Shown piece by piece: positions 27,923 to 36,436 of a stretch of DNA of 64,000 nt. The stretch's first letter is position 1; each line of letters opens with the position of its first letter. The stretch comes from Oscillospiraceae bacterium (GTDB lineage Bacteria > Bacillota > Clostridia > Oscillospirales > Acutalibacteraceae). Below the pieces are notes generated by a model. It searched no databases, was not told the DNA's origin, and saw only the letters and a list, made by a program, of their open reading frames with translations. The position numbers were made by a program, and so were the translations under genes. Where the stretch lies: NCBI GenBank assembly GCA_015066295.1, contig SVOR01000004.1:558-64557 (forward strand), in the 5' to 3' direction.

Positions 27923-28465
27923 TTATTTGAAATAGCGGTTGAGAAGTCCCTCAAATGCCTTTCCGTGTCGAGCCTCATCACGTGCCATTTCATGTACTGT
28001 ATCGTGAATAGCATCAAGATTTAACTCTTTAGCAAGCTTTGCAAGCTCGAATTTGCCGAGTGTTGCGCCGTTTTCAGCGTCAACACGCATTTCAAGATTT
28101 TTCTTGGTAGAGTCGGTTACTACCTCGCCGAGCAGCTCTGCAAATTTTGCTGCATGCTCTGCCTCTTCATAGGCTGCCTTCTCCCAATAAAGACCGATTT
28201 CAGGATAGCCTTCACGATGAGCAACGCGTGCCATTGCAAGATACATACCAACCTCGGTGCATTCACCCATGAAGTTCTCACGAAGACCTGCTAAAATTCT
28301 TTCATCAACGCCCTTAGCAACACCTACAACGTGCTCGGCAGCCCAGGTCTTTTCGCCAGCCTGCTCTTGAAACTTAGATGCCGGTGCCTGGCAGATGGGG
28401 CACTTGTCGGGAGCCTCATTACCCTCGTGGGTATAACCGCAAATTGTACAAACGAACTTTTTCAT
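27923..28465 (-). CDS. reverse rubrerythrin (N-terminal rubredoxin-like domain, then diiron domain)
   Basis: CTICGY...CPICQAP at the N-terminus; then [29 protein letters not shown] diiron motifs. Confidence 0.85.
   Translation of the reverse strand: MKKFVCTICGYTHEGNEAPDKCPICQAPASKFQEQAGEKTWAAEHVVGVAKGVDERILAGLRENFMGECTEVGMYLAMARVAHREGYPEIGLYWEKAAYEEAEHAAKFAELLGEVVTDSTKKNLEMRVDAENGATLGKFELAKLAKELNLDAIHDTVHEMARDEARHGKAFEGLLNRYFK
27941..27961. repeat. attR core (GAGAAGTCCCTCAAATGCCTT)
   Basis: Identical to 21276-21296. Confidence 0.8.
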
Positions 28466-28487
28466 AAAAACATCTCCTAAAAATAAA

Positions 28488-28874
28488 TTATTTATTATTT
28501 GTATTTATACAAGAACTGCAAAGACCACTAAAAACATATCCGCTTAAATCGACCTCGCAGCCAAGTTTATTCTGCAAAAAGTCTTTAAGATTGTTTTTTG
28601 GCACCTCACAGTCTAATATAGCGCCGCAGTTGTGACAGTAAAAGTGCATATGCTCTTTTGTATCACCATCGTAATGCTGAAAGCCGTCGCCCACCGAAAG
28701 CTCAAGCACGTCGCCGTCCTTTTTTAGCTCGGTAAGATTTCGGTAAACTGTGCCGAGGCTGATTTTTGGTAATTTCTCTCGGCATTTTTCGTAAACCCAC
28801 TGTACCGTTGGATGAGTATCGGTCGAGCGTAAAACTTCAACTATTACTTCCCTTTGTTTTGAATAGTTTCTCAT
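28488..28874 (-). CDS. perR: Fur-family transcriptional regulator, PerR-like
   Basis: Winged-helix N-terminus, HFYCHNCG...CSSC zinc site; immediately upstream of rubrerythrin in the same orientation. Confidence 0.7.
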   Translation of the reverse strand: MRNYSKQREVIVEVLRSTDTHPTVQWVYEKCREKLPKISLGTVYRNLTELKKDGDVLELSVGDGFQHYDGDTKEHMHFYCHNCGAILDCEVPKNNLKDFLQNKLGCEVDLSGYVFSGLCSSCINTNNK

Positions 28875-28891
28875 AAATTTTACCTCAAAAA

Positions 28892-28906
28892 TAGTAATGG
28901 TTACTA
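28892..28906 (-). promoter_or_regulatory. candidate PerR/Fur box (7-1-7 imperfect palindrome TAGTAAT-G-GTTACTA)
   Basis: Lies between the -10 element and the perR start codon. Confidence 0.4.
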
Positions 28907-28920
28907 CTTTTTACAATCTT

Positions 28921-28948
28921 ATTATACCATACCTTTTAAAAATGTCAA
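28921..28948 (-). promoter_or_regulatory. sigma-A promoter of the perR-rubrerythrin operon
   Basis: Minus strand reads TTGACA, 16 nt, TGG-TATAAT (extended -10). Confidence 0.6.
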
Positions 28949-28973
28949 TAGTTTTTTGAAAAAATTTTTCTTG

Positions 28974-29002
28974 TTGACAATTATCCTTTTTTGTATGATA
29001 AT
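28974..29002 (+). promoter_or_regulatory. candidate sigma-A promoter of rex
   Basis: TTGACA (28974-28979), 17 nt, GATAAT (28997-29002). Confidence 0.45.
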
Positions 29003-29040
29003 GTAGATGTGAAAAATTTTGTTAAAGGAAGGTGCGGTTA

Positions 29041-29676
29041 ATGAATAACAAAGGCATATCCCCTTACGTTATTAAAAGGTTGCCGCGATATTATAGATTT
29101 TTGGGTGAGCTTTCAAACTCAGGCATTAAGCGTATTTCGTCGGCAGAGCTAAGTCGCAGAATGGGACTTACGGCAAGCCAAATTCGTCAGGACCTCAACT
29201 GCTTTGGTGGTTTTGGTCAGCAGGGCTACGGCTACAACACCGATATTCTCAGAGATGAGATTGGTGCAATTTTGGGTGTTGACAGACCCAAAAAGGCAAT
29301 ACTTATTGGTCTTGGTAATTTAGGTAAAGCCATTACGCTACACCTTAATTTTGAAGAAAAGGGATTTTCGCTTATAGGTCTTTTTGACAGTAAGGAGTCG
29401 CTTGTTGGCAACGTAATTCGCAACATACCCATTCGCTCTACCAACACGTTGGATGACTTTTGCCGCGAAAACAAGCCCGAGGCCGCAATACTGTGCATAC
29501 CAAAAACCGCTGTGCCCGATATTGCCGACCACCTTATTAAGCTTGGCATTAAGGGTTTTCTTAACTTCAGTCATTATGATTTAGCACTTAAATATGAAGG
29601 CATCGTTGTTGAAAACGTACATTTTGGCGATAATCTAATGACGCTTTCCTACAATATTAAAAATATGGATAAATAA
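29041..29676 (+). CDS. rex: redox-sensing transcriptional repressor Rex
   Basis: ISPYVIKRLPRYYRFL, SSAELSRRMGLTASQIRQDL, GGFGQQGYGYN, Rossmann GLGNLG; ATG 29041. Confidence 0.9.
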   Translation: MNNKGISPYVIKRLPRYYRFLGELSNSGIKRISSAELSRRMGLTASQIRQDLNCFGGFGQQGYGYNTDILRDEIGAILGVDRPKKAILIGLGNLGKAITLHLNFEEKGFSLIGLFDSKESLVGNVIRNIPIRSTNTLDDFCRENKPEAAILCIPKTAVPDIADHLIKLGIKGFLNFSHYDLALKYEGIVVENVHFGDNLMTLSYNIKNMDK

Positions 29677-29679
29677 TTA

Positions 29680-29716
29680 AATCACCACACATAATAAACG
29701 TGTGGTGATTTTTTTG
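29680..29716 (+). terminator. intrinsic terminator after rex
   Basis: 11-bp stem AATCACCACAC / GTGTGGTGATT followed by TTTTTT. Confidence 0.75.
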
Positions 29717-30385
29717 CTTGTAACTATTATTCGTACTGCTATTTTATATTTATTTGTAACGGTAGCAATTCGCCTTATGGGGAAAAGGCAAATTGGCGAT
29801 ATGCAACCCAATGAATTGGTTGTCACTCTTTTAATATCCGAAATTGCCGCTATACCGTTACAGGACGCCAACCAACCGGTACTTAACGGCGTTGTAGCAA
29901 TTTTTATGCTGGTAATAGTTGAAATAATAATGTCCGTATTAACAATGAAATATATGTCGCTTCATAAAATACTAAGCGGTAAATCGGTTATTATTATTAA
30001 GGACGGCAAAATCGACCAAAAGGCGATGAAACAGGTGCGACTGACCGTCGTGGATTTGGTTGAACTGCTGCGTGGACAAGACGTTTTTGATATTAGCACC
30101 GTTTCGTTTGCGGTGCTTGAGGTGAACGGAAGCCTAAGCGTAATTCTAAAGCCCGAGCATCGTCCCATAACCCCTAAGGATATGAAAATACAAATAAAAA
30201 AGGACGGTCTGCCCTTACCCGTTGTTTCGGACGGCAAAATAGTTGCTGAAGCATTAAAAGAATTGAAACTAAGTGAAAAAGAGATACGGGAATTAGCGGG
30301 TATGCGGCACACAAGACCCGAGGAGCTGCTTTTAATGACCTTGGACCAATACGGAAATTGCAACATAGTAATTAAGGAGAAATAG
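29702..30385 (+). CDS. DUF421 (YetF-like) membrane protein; start uncertain (GTG 29702 or TTG 29714)
   Basis: RLMGKRQIGDMQPNELVVTLLISEIAA motif; no ATG before the conserved region; predicted 5' end lies inside the rex terminator. Confidence 0.7.
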   Translation: MVIFLLVTIIRTAILYLFVTVAIRLMGKRQIGDMQPNELVVTLLISEIAAIPLQDANQPVLNGVVAIFMLVIVEIIMSVLTMKYMSLHKILSGKSVIIIKDGKIDQKAMKQVRLTVVDLVELLRGQDVFDISTVSFAVLEVNGSLSVILKPEHRPITPKDMKIQIKKDGLPLPVVSDGKIVAEALKELKLSEKEIRELAGMRHTRPEELLLMTLDQYGNCNIVIKEK

Positions 30386-30766
30386 ATGAAAAGACTTTTT
30401 GCCGCCATTATACTGATAATATTCCTTGCATCCCTTTGTGTTACCGCCACGCTTATAGTCGGTAATTCATATCGAAGCTTTCAGCAAGAGCTTAGCGAGT
30501 GTGTGACGGCATTAAAACAAAAGGATTATGACGTTGCAAAAGAAAAAAGCGCTGCTCTCGCTCGCGTTTGGCAAGAAAAGCGCGGTATGCTGTCGGCATT
30601 TATAAATCACGATACTGTCGAAGAGGTTGATGAAACGGTAGCGCAGCTTTCGTCCTTTGCAAACAAGGAAAACGAGGCGCACTTCTTGGCCGAGTGTGAG
30701 GTTTTAAAACTAAAATTTATAGAAATGAAGGAATACTGCGGCGTTAGCCTGCACACCCTCTTTTAA
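30386..30766 (+). CDS. DUF4363-like small membrane-anchored protein
   Basis: N-terminal TM plus helical domain; abuts the DUF421 gene stop, the usual DUF421/DUF4363 pairing. Confidence 0.5.
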   Translation: MKRLFAAIILIIFLASLCVTATLIVGNSYRSFQQELSECVTALKQKDYDVAKEKSAALARVWQEKRGMLSAFINHDTVEEVDETVAQLSSFANKENEAHFLAECEVLKLKFIEMKEYCGVSLHTLF

Positions 30767-30769
30767 AAA

Positions 30770-30804
30770 GCAAAAAACCACGGGAAGCCCGTGGTTTAAA
30801 TTTT
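30770..30804. terminator. bidirectional terminator
   Basis: Stem AAACCACGGG / CCCGTGGTTT. Confidence 0.8.
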
Positions 30805-30806
30805 AC

Positions 30807-31070
30807 TTACGCATTAGCCTTGTTTAAACGGTTAACCAAAGCTGATTTTTTGTGTGCTGCGTTATTCTTATGAAGAATACCCTTAGAAGCAGCCTGATCA
30901 ATCTTTTTAACTGCAGCCTTAACTGCTACGGCAGCGTCAGCATCGTTGTTAGCGATTGCAGCGTCAGCCTTCTTAACTGCTGTTCTAAGCGCTGAACGAT
31001 AAGCCTTATTGCGCTGATTGTTAGCCTCACTAACAAGAACACGTTTCTTTGCAGATTTAATATTCGGCAT
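30807..31070 (-). CDS. rpsT: 30S ribosomal protein S20
   Basis: MPNIKSAKKRVLVSEANNQRNKAYRSALRTAVKK. Confidence 0.95.
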   Translation of the reverse strand: MPNIKSAKKRVLVSEANNQRNKAYRSALRTAVKKADAAIANNDADAAVAVKAAVKKIDQAASKGILHKNNAAHKKSALVNRLNKANA

Positions 31071-31168
31071 TGTCGCACCTCCTCAAAAATTCTCACGTAA
31101 TAGTATATTACCACTTTTTAATTTAAAATGCAACACTTTTTTTCATTTTAATTAACATTAGTATTAAA

Positions 31169-31197
31169 GAATAAAATTTTGCTTAAAATCATACCAT
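31169..31197 (+). promoter_or_regulatory. candidate sigma-E-type sporulation promoter of spoIIP
   Basis: GAATAAA, 14 nt, CATACCAT (compare consensus CATACA-T) ending 18 nt before the ATG. Confidence 0.3.
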
Positions 31198-31214
31198 AAT
31201 ATTGGTGATATATA

Positions 31215-32261
31215 ATGAAATTTAAGGGCTATTTCCTAATTTTTTGTGTTTTGCTTGCGGGTATCTATACCGCTTCTCAAGGCTTTTTAAGTTATATGAC
31301 GTTGGCTTTGCCTGTAACTAGCGAGAGCATCGCCCCTTTTTTAGACACCGAGTCGGTAGTCAAAAACGAAGCAACCACCGACAAAAACGACGACAAAAAT
31401 AATAAAGACAACTCATCCTCTAAAAAGGAAACTGTAACCTCAAGCAAGCCTGCATCGACCGACGGACAGGCAATAGGTGTTGTGACCGAAAAATTTATTA
31501 GCCCTTACACTGCTAACACAAAATATAATAAGGTCTACGTAAAAAACAACATCGGCACCAATATAAACGTGTCTTCCCTCTTGCAAAAGAAATCATCCTT
31601 TAAGATACAAAAAAACGGGAAACCGCAGGTGCTTATTATGCACACCCACACCACCGAAAGCTTTATGATGGAGGACAGAGATTATTACACCAAGGACGAT
31701 GCCGCACGCTCGCGGGATAAAAACAAAAATATGATTGCGGTAGGCAACGTATTTGAGCAGGAATTAACGGCGGCAGGCATCGGTGTTATTCACGATACTA
31801 CGGTGCACGATTACCCCGCATATACGGGAAGCTATACCCGTAGCGCCGCAACCGTCAAGGCCGACCTAAAGGCATATCCGTCAATTAAGGTTGTAATTGA
31901 TATACATAGAGATTCCATAACGGGTAATAATAAGGAAAAGGTGCGCCCCGTTGTTAAGATTGACGGTAAAAATGCCGCACAGGTAATGCTTGTAATGGGC
32001 AGTCAGACGGGTGGTATCACAGGATACCCAAATTGGAAGGAAAATCTTAGCTTCGCACTTAAATACCAACAGAAATTGGAGGTTGCGTATCCGGGACTCG
32101 CACGCGCTTTGACGCTTAACAGCGGAAAATATAATCAGAATTTAACGGTAGGTTCAATTTTGCTTGAGGTTGGCACCGAGGTTAACACACTCGACGAAGC
32201 AAAGCGTGGCGCAAAATATGCCGCTAAGGCACTTGTTAGTCTTTTAAATACGATGAAATAA
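31215..32261 (+). CDS. spoIIP: stage II sporulation protein P
   Basis: N-terminal TM; VLIMHTHTTESF; IDIHRD; C-terminal LLEVGT motifs of the SpoIIP amidase family. Confidence 0.85.
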   Translation: MKFKGYFLIFCVLLAGIYTASQGFLSYMTLALPVTSESIAPFLDTESVVKNEATTDKNDDKNNKDNSSSKKETVTSSKPASTDGQAIGVVTEKFISPYTANTKYNKVYVKNNIGTNINVSSLLQKKSSFKIQKNGKPQVLIMHTHTTESFMMEDRDYYTKDDAARSRDKNKNMIAVGNVFEQELTAAGIGVIHDTTVHDYPAYTGSYTRSAATVKADLKAYPSIKVVIDIHRDSITGNNKEKVRPVVKIDGKNAAQVMLVMGSQTGGITGYPNWKENLSFALKYQQKLEVAYPGLARALTLNSGKYNQNLTVGSILLEVGTEVNTLDEAKRGAKYAAKALVSLLNTMK

Positions 32262-32262
32262 A

Positions 32263-32445
32263 ATGAAACGCTTTTTTCGTTGCTTTTTTTGGTGTCTTAT
32301 TATAATAGGTAACCTAACACTGCTTTGCTGGGGTGTTTGTGAGGCCTACGTAAATATAAGGCGAATAAGCTATGGCGAATATACACACGCCATAGAACTG
32401 GGTGACAACTCATTTAAGATTTTGGATTTTTATATAGAATTTTAA
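32263..32445 (+). CDS. small hypothetical membrane protein
   Basis: 60 aa; one hydrophobic segment; starts 2 nt after the spoIIP stop. Confidence 0.3.
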   Translation: MKRFFRCFFWCLIIIGNLTLLCWGVCEAYVNIRRISYGEYTHAIELGDNSFKILDFYIEF

Positions 32446-32470
32446 AGAGCCGACGAATGTCGGCTCTTTA
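32444..32470. terminator. bidirectional terminator
   Basis: Stem AAAGAGCCGAC / GTCGGCTCTTT. Confidence 0.8.
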
Positions 32471-32472
32471 TA

Positions 32473-34212
32473 TTACTGTTCGGGTGTATCTGTACCATCT
32501 GATTCACTTGGCGGTGTGTAGGAATTTACTCTGAGAATAATTCCTGAATCGAGGTCGACCTTGCCCGTACCGGGCTCAACCTCAATTACAACGCCTGACG
32601 GCTTGGTTGGGTCGTAAACCTCAAGCTTTTCGATGTTATTAAAATCGAAACCAAGCTTCATAAGCTCAATAACCGCCTCATCATAGGTTTTGCCGATGAT
32701 GGATGCGGGTATCTTAACAGTTCTCGGTCCAAGGCTTACAACAACCTTTATTGTGGTGCCCTTTGGTGCGGTCTGCTCGCGGGTGATTTCCTGCTTAATT
32801 ATACAACCACGCTCATGCTCGGCATTATATTCCTTAGAAACAACCTCAAACTTAAAGAGGGTTGTATAATCGGTATTAGCTATAACGTCGGTGAACTTTT
32901 TGCCGATTAAATCGGGCACCTGATAAAGCTTTTCGTTAGAATCGGGCGAGCTTCCAACCGATGAGGTATCGGTCGGTGCCGATGAGGTTGGGGCGGTTGA
33001 TGAATTGCCACTGTTGATGCCAAGCTTATCGCCAAGACCAAGTGCAAAATACAGAATTACCGCAATAATAATAAGTACAAGCGCCGTTATTATAGATGAC
33101 GTAACGGCGGGATTTACCTTTTTAGGCTCTCTTACAGGCTGTGCCGCTACGGGTGGCTTAGGTGTTGCAACCGACTTAACGGGCTCTGCCTTTGGAGTTG
33201 GAGCTGCAGGTGTCGGTGTTGCGACAGGTGTAAAGGCAACCGTTGCATCTCCCGACACGGGTGTTAATGCAATGCGGAAGCTATCCATATCCTGAATTCT
33301 ATCCTGCGGCATTAGCTGAAGGCCGTTAGCAAGCGCTGCTAAAACGTACTTGGGAAGCACGTCGGCATAGCGTGCGGGAATTTGCATATTATCGTTAGAA
33401 ACGCGCTCGGGCACGTCGAGTGGCGCCTTGCCCATAAGCACGCGGAAAAGCGTTGCCGCCATACCGTAAACGTCGGTATATTTGCCGTCGCGATACTGAA
33501 TATCATAGCCGTACTGCTCGAGTGCCGAGAAGCCCGGGAACAGTTGTATCGCCAAATTGCTGTTTGACATACGCACCGAGCGTATGCAGATATCGGTAAG
33601 ACGAAGCTTGCCGTCGCGTCCGACAAAAATGGTATCGGGTGAAATACCTCTATGTATAATGCCTGCCTCGTGCAAAGCGGCAACCGTTGTTATAAGCGGT
33701 AGGAATAGCGGACGAGCCTGCTCCCACTTTAAGTCACCGCCGTTGCGAATTAAGAATTCGCGAAGGGTTATGCCCTGCACCGCCTTGGTTATGTTGTAGG
33801 CTGTGCCGCCCTCCTCAAACACCTCAACGGTAGTAAACAACGAAGGTAGTCCTACAAGGGATGCTATTTTACGGTTAAGCTCCAAAAAGCTCATAATACC
33901 CTCGTTAAAGGTGAACTCACTGCCAACGGCTATTTGAACGGTACCGTCGGCATTGCGGTTTGCCGCACCCTTGGGATAATATTCACGAATATTAACTATG
34001 GCGTCCTCTTTGTTATCCCAGCCGACATAGGTGGCGCCCTCGCCGTTATGCTCGGTTACGCGTCCAACCAAATATCTGTCCTTTATCCAGAAGCCGAGTG
34101 GTAAATATTCAGCATCGTTTTGTGCCGAATTATCGAAACCGCAGATTGAACAAATCTTCTCTCCACCGTTATCGTTCATACAACCAAGACACAATCTTTC
34201 TGTATTAAGCAT
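32473..34212 (-). CDS. zinc-ribbon / degenerate Ser-Thr-kinase-like / TM / 2x PASTA membrane protein (predicted pseudokinase)
   Basis: CLGCM..CSICGF at the N-terminus; kinase-like fold with HRGISPDT in place of HRDxKPxN, VNIRE for VAIK, LTDI for DFG; Pro/Ala-rich linker, TM, two PASTA units (VPDLIGKKF.., IPASIIGKTY..). Confidence 0.6.
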   Translation of the reverse strand: MLNTERLCLGCMNDNGGEKICSICGFDNSAQNDAEYLPLGFWIKDRYLVGRVTEHNGEGATYVGWDNKEDAIVNIREYYPKGAANRNADGTVQIAVGSEFTFNEGIMSFLELNRKIASLVGLPSLFTTVEVFEEGGTAYNITKAVQGITLREFLIRNGGDLKWEQARPLFLPLITTVAALHEAGIIHRGISPDTIFVGRDGKLRLTDICIRSVRMSNSNLAIQLFPGFSALEQYGYDIQYRDGKYTDVYGMAATLFRVLMGKAPLDVPERVSNDNMQIPARYADVLPKYVLAALANGLQLMPQDRIQDMDSFRIALTPVSGDATVAFTPVATPTPAAPTPKAEPVKSVATPKPPVAAQPVREPKKVNPAVTSSIITALVLIIIAVILYFALGLGDKLGINSGNSSTAPTSSAPTDTSSVGSSPDSNEKLYQVPDLIGKKFTDVIANTDYTTLFKFEVVSKEYNAEHERGCIIKQEITREQTAPKGTTIKVVVSLGPRTVKIPASIIGKTYDEAVIELMKLGFDFNNIEKLEVYDPTKPSGVVIEVEPGTGKVDLDSGIILRVNSYTPPSESDGTDTPEQ

Positions 34213-34295
34213 ATTTATCTCCTTTTATCACAAAGTAAATACATATATATTTTACCATATAATACTAAAAATGTACAGTTTCTATTCTGTAACTT

Positions 34296-34985
34296 TTAAT
34301 ATTTATCAATTCGAAGGAATTTTTTAAAGACACAGGTGTGCTTCGGCGTTACCTTTCGGTCTTCGTGAAGCGAGCCGAAAAACCAGTGTTTATACTCGCA
34401 CATTTCGTCAATTTCCTCAAAATATCCGTTGAGCTTATTTACGCGCTCGGCAAGTCCCCAACGGAAAAGCATTGCGCTTTTTACAAGTGACGGTGGTTCG
34501 TGGGTGATTATATAATCGACCTGTCTGCCGCACTCGTCAAGGATTTTTGCACCCTCGGTCATCTCCTCAGGTGAGGGTATTTCTTCCTTCCACCAAAGAT
34601 TATTTTGTATGCGCATATCCTTATCGGTGCTCTCCCCTCCGCCAAAGGTATATATACGGGTGCCGTCGATATTAAAAATCTGACCGCGCATAAGATGAAT
34701 TAAATTGCCGCTTATGCGGTGTATCATACCGCCCTTCCAATAGGTTGTACGGCAAGAGTTAATCATATCGAGGTTATCGTGTGTGCCGTCGATAAAGGCG
34801 ACGGTAAACTTGCGGCTACCCAAATATTCGATATATTCTTTTTCCTTCTCGCCGCCGTTCCAAAGATAACCAAAATCGCCACAAACGATTAGTATGTCAC
34901 CCTTTTTAAGACGCAACCAATCTCGCGTATACAGTCGCTCCTCTGCGCCGTGCATATCGCCCGTAATATATATCAAATTTTTCAC
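34296..34985 (-). CDS. metallophosphoesterase (calcineurin-like)
   Basis: ITGDMHG, VCGDFGY, DGTHDN, ITHEPP motifs. Confidence 0.7.
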   Translation of the reverse strand: MKNLIYITGDMHGAEERLYTRDWLRLKKGDILIVCGDFGYLWNGGEKEKEYIEYLGSRKFTVAFIDGTHDNLDMINSCRTTYWKGGMIHRISGNLIHLMRGQIFNIDGTRIYTFGGGESTDKDMRIQNNLWWKEEIPSPEEMTEGAKILDECGRQVDYIITHEPPSLVKSAMLFRWGLAERVNKLNGYFEEIDEMCEYKHWFFGSLHEDRKVTPKHTCVFKKFLRIDKY

Positions 34986-35065
34986 CGCCTTTTTTAATAT
35001 TTATTCTTTCTTTTTTGCTCTACATAATGTATAATTATTTTATAAATAAACTTAGGAGCTATGAA

Positions 35066-36403
35066 ATGTTTAAGAAGCTATATAAATATATTATAACATT
35101 TATATTGATATTTGCAATATTTTCCTCAAATATAGTGTCGGCTTTTCAAATTAGCGGCTTTGAGCTTAACGCAAGGGCGGCTATGCTTATAAGCCTTGAC
35201 ACTAACCAGATAATGTACGAAAAAGATGCCGACAAAAAAATGTATCCTGCATCGCTCACCAAGATTTTGGCGGCGGTGCTCGTGCTTGAAAAGGGCGACG
35301 ACCTTGATAAAACAACCATAACGGTGAGTGATACGACATTGACGGCAATTATGGGTACAGGCGCCAGTGTCATAGGACTTCGCGAGGGCGAAAAACTGAC
35401 GGTGCGTCAAGCGCTTTACTGCCTGCTTGTATCATCGGGCGGCGACGTTGCCTACGTAATAGCAGAGTACGTCGGCGGCGATACCGAAACCTTTATGAAT
35501 ATGATGAACAAGCGAGCAAATGAGCTTGGTATGAAGAATTCAAGCTTTGGCAACCCCGTTGGACTTCACGATGATGACACCTACACAACGGCAAGAGATA
35601 TCTCAATTCTTGTAAAGCATGCGCTTAAATTTGACGTTTTTAAGGAAATTACCTCGACTGTGCGCTACTATATGGCTAAAACCAATAAGTCGCCCGAGCG
35701 TATTTTATCAACAACCAACTTCCTTATTGACCCGTCCACCAACTATTTCTACACCTATGCCTCGGGTGTTAAGACCGGCTTTACCGATGAAGCGGGCCGC
35801 TGTGTTGTAAGCACTGCCTCATATAACGGATATAATTACCTTTGCATTATAATGGGCTGTAATGGTGAGGGCGGCAGACGTAACGAATTTGTTGATAGCC
35901 GCAACCTTTACCGCTGGGCATTTAACGATTTTGAATACAAGTCGCTACTCGATATGAAGCAACCCGTCACCGAAATTCCCGTTGAACTTTCAATGGAAAC
36001 CGATTTTTTAAAGCTTTATCCGCAACAAAATATTACACAGATTTTGCCCAAGAGCGCCGACTCGTCGACCATAACAGTCAAGCCCCACCTAAAAAGCGAA
36101 AGCGTTGATGCGCCAATTAAAAAGGGTGACGTATTTGGCACCGCCGACGTAATTTACGCGGGCGAGGTTATTGGTACGGTAAATCTAATATCGGCAGAGA
36201 ATATTAAATCAAACGTATTTTTACAGGCAGGCCGCGTTGTAAAAAATATATTTAAATCAAAGGTATTTAAAATTATTATCGGCATTGTTATAGGTGCCAT
36301 ACTACTATATATTCTCGCTTGTGTGTATCTAAACCTAAAAGGACGCAAAAAGCGTAGGAAGGTTAAATACGTTCCATATAATAAACATAGTAAGGATGAA
36401 TAA
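35066..36403 (+). CDS. D-alanyl-D-alanine carboxypeptidase (peptidase S11, PBP5-like) with C-terminal anchor
   Basis: ORF 35015-36403; start moved to ATG 35066 (AGGAG RBS); PASLTK (SxxK), SGGD, KTGFT motifs; C-terminal TM. Confidence 0.8.
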   Translation: MFKKLYKYIITFILIFAIFSSNIVSAFQISGFELNARAAMLISLDTNQIMYEKDADKKMYPASLTKILAAVLVLEKGDDLDKTTITVSDTTLTAIMGTGASVIGLREGEKLTVRQALYCLLVSSGGDVAYVIAEYVGGDTETFMNMMNKRANELGMKNSSFGNPVGLHDDDTYTTARDISILVKHALKFDVFKEITSTVRYYMAKTNKSPERILSTTNFLIDPSTNYFYTYASGVKTGFTDEAGRCVVSTASYNGYNYLCIIMGCNGEGGRRNEFVDSRNLYRWAFNDFEYKSLLDMKQPVTEIPVELSMETDFLKLYPQQNITQILPKSADSSTITVKPHLKSESVDAPIKKGDVFGTADVIYAGEVIGTVNLISAENIKSNVFLQAGRVVKNIFKSKVFKIIIGIVIGAILLYILACVYLNLKGRKKRRKVKYVPYNKHSKDE

Positions 36404-36404
36404 T

Positions 36405-36436
36405 AAAAAATCAGGTCGCAAGACCTGATTTTTTTA
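36405..36436. terminator. bidirectional terminator
   Basis: Stem AAATCAGGTC / GACCTGATTT flanked by A- and T-runs. Confidence 0.8.

Larger units (their letters stand above)
21276..27961. mobile_element. integrative mobilizable element (~6.7 kb): int, oriT?, mobV, orf, HUH rep, three cargo genes
   Basis: Bounded by 21-bp identical direct repeats inside a 60-bp duplicated gene end; integrase lies next to the left end; relaxase and Rep lie inside. Confidence 0.8.

Noticed and set aside
29005-29030. Possible Rex operator (TGTGAAAAATTTTGTTAA) in the rex leader
   Set aside because: Only one half resembles the TTGTGAA/TTCACAA-type inverted repeat; the second half is not its complement.
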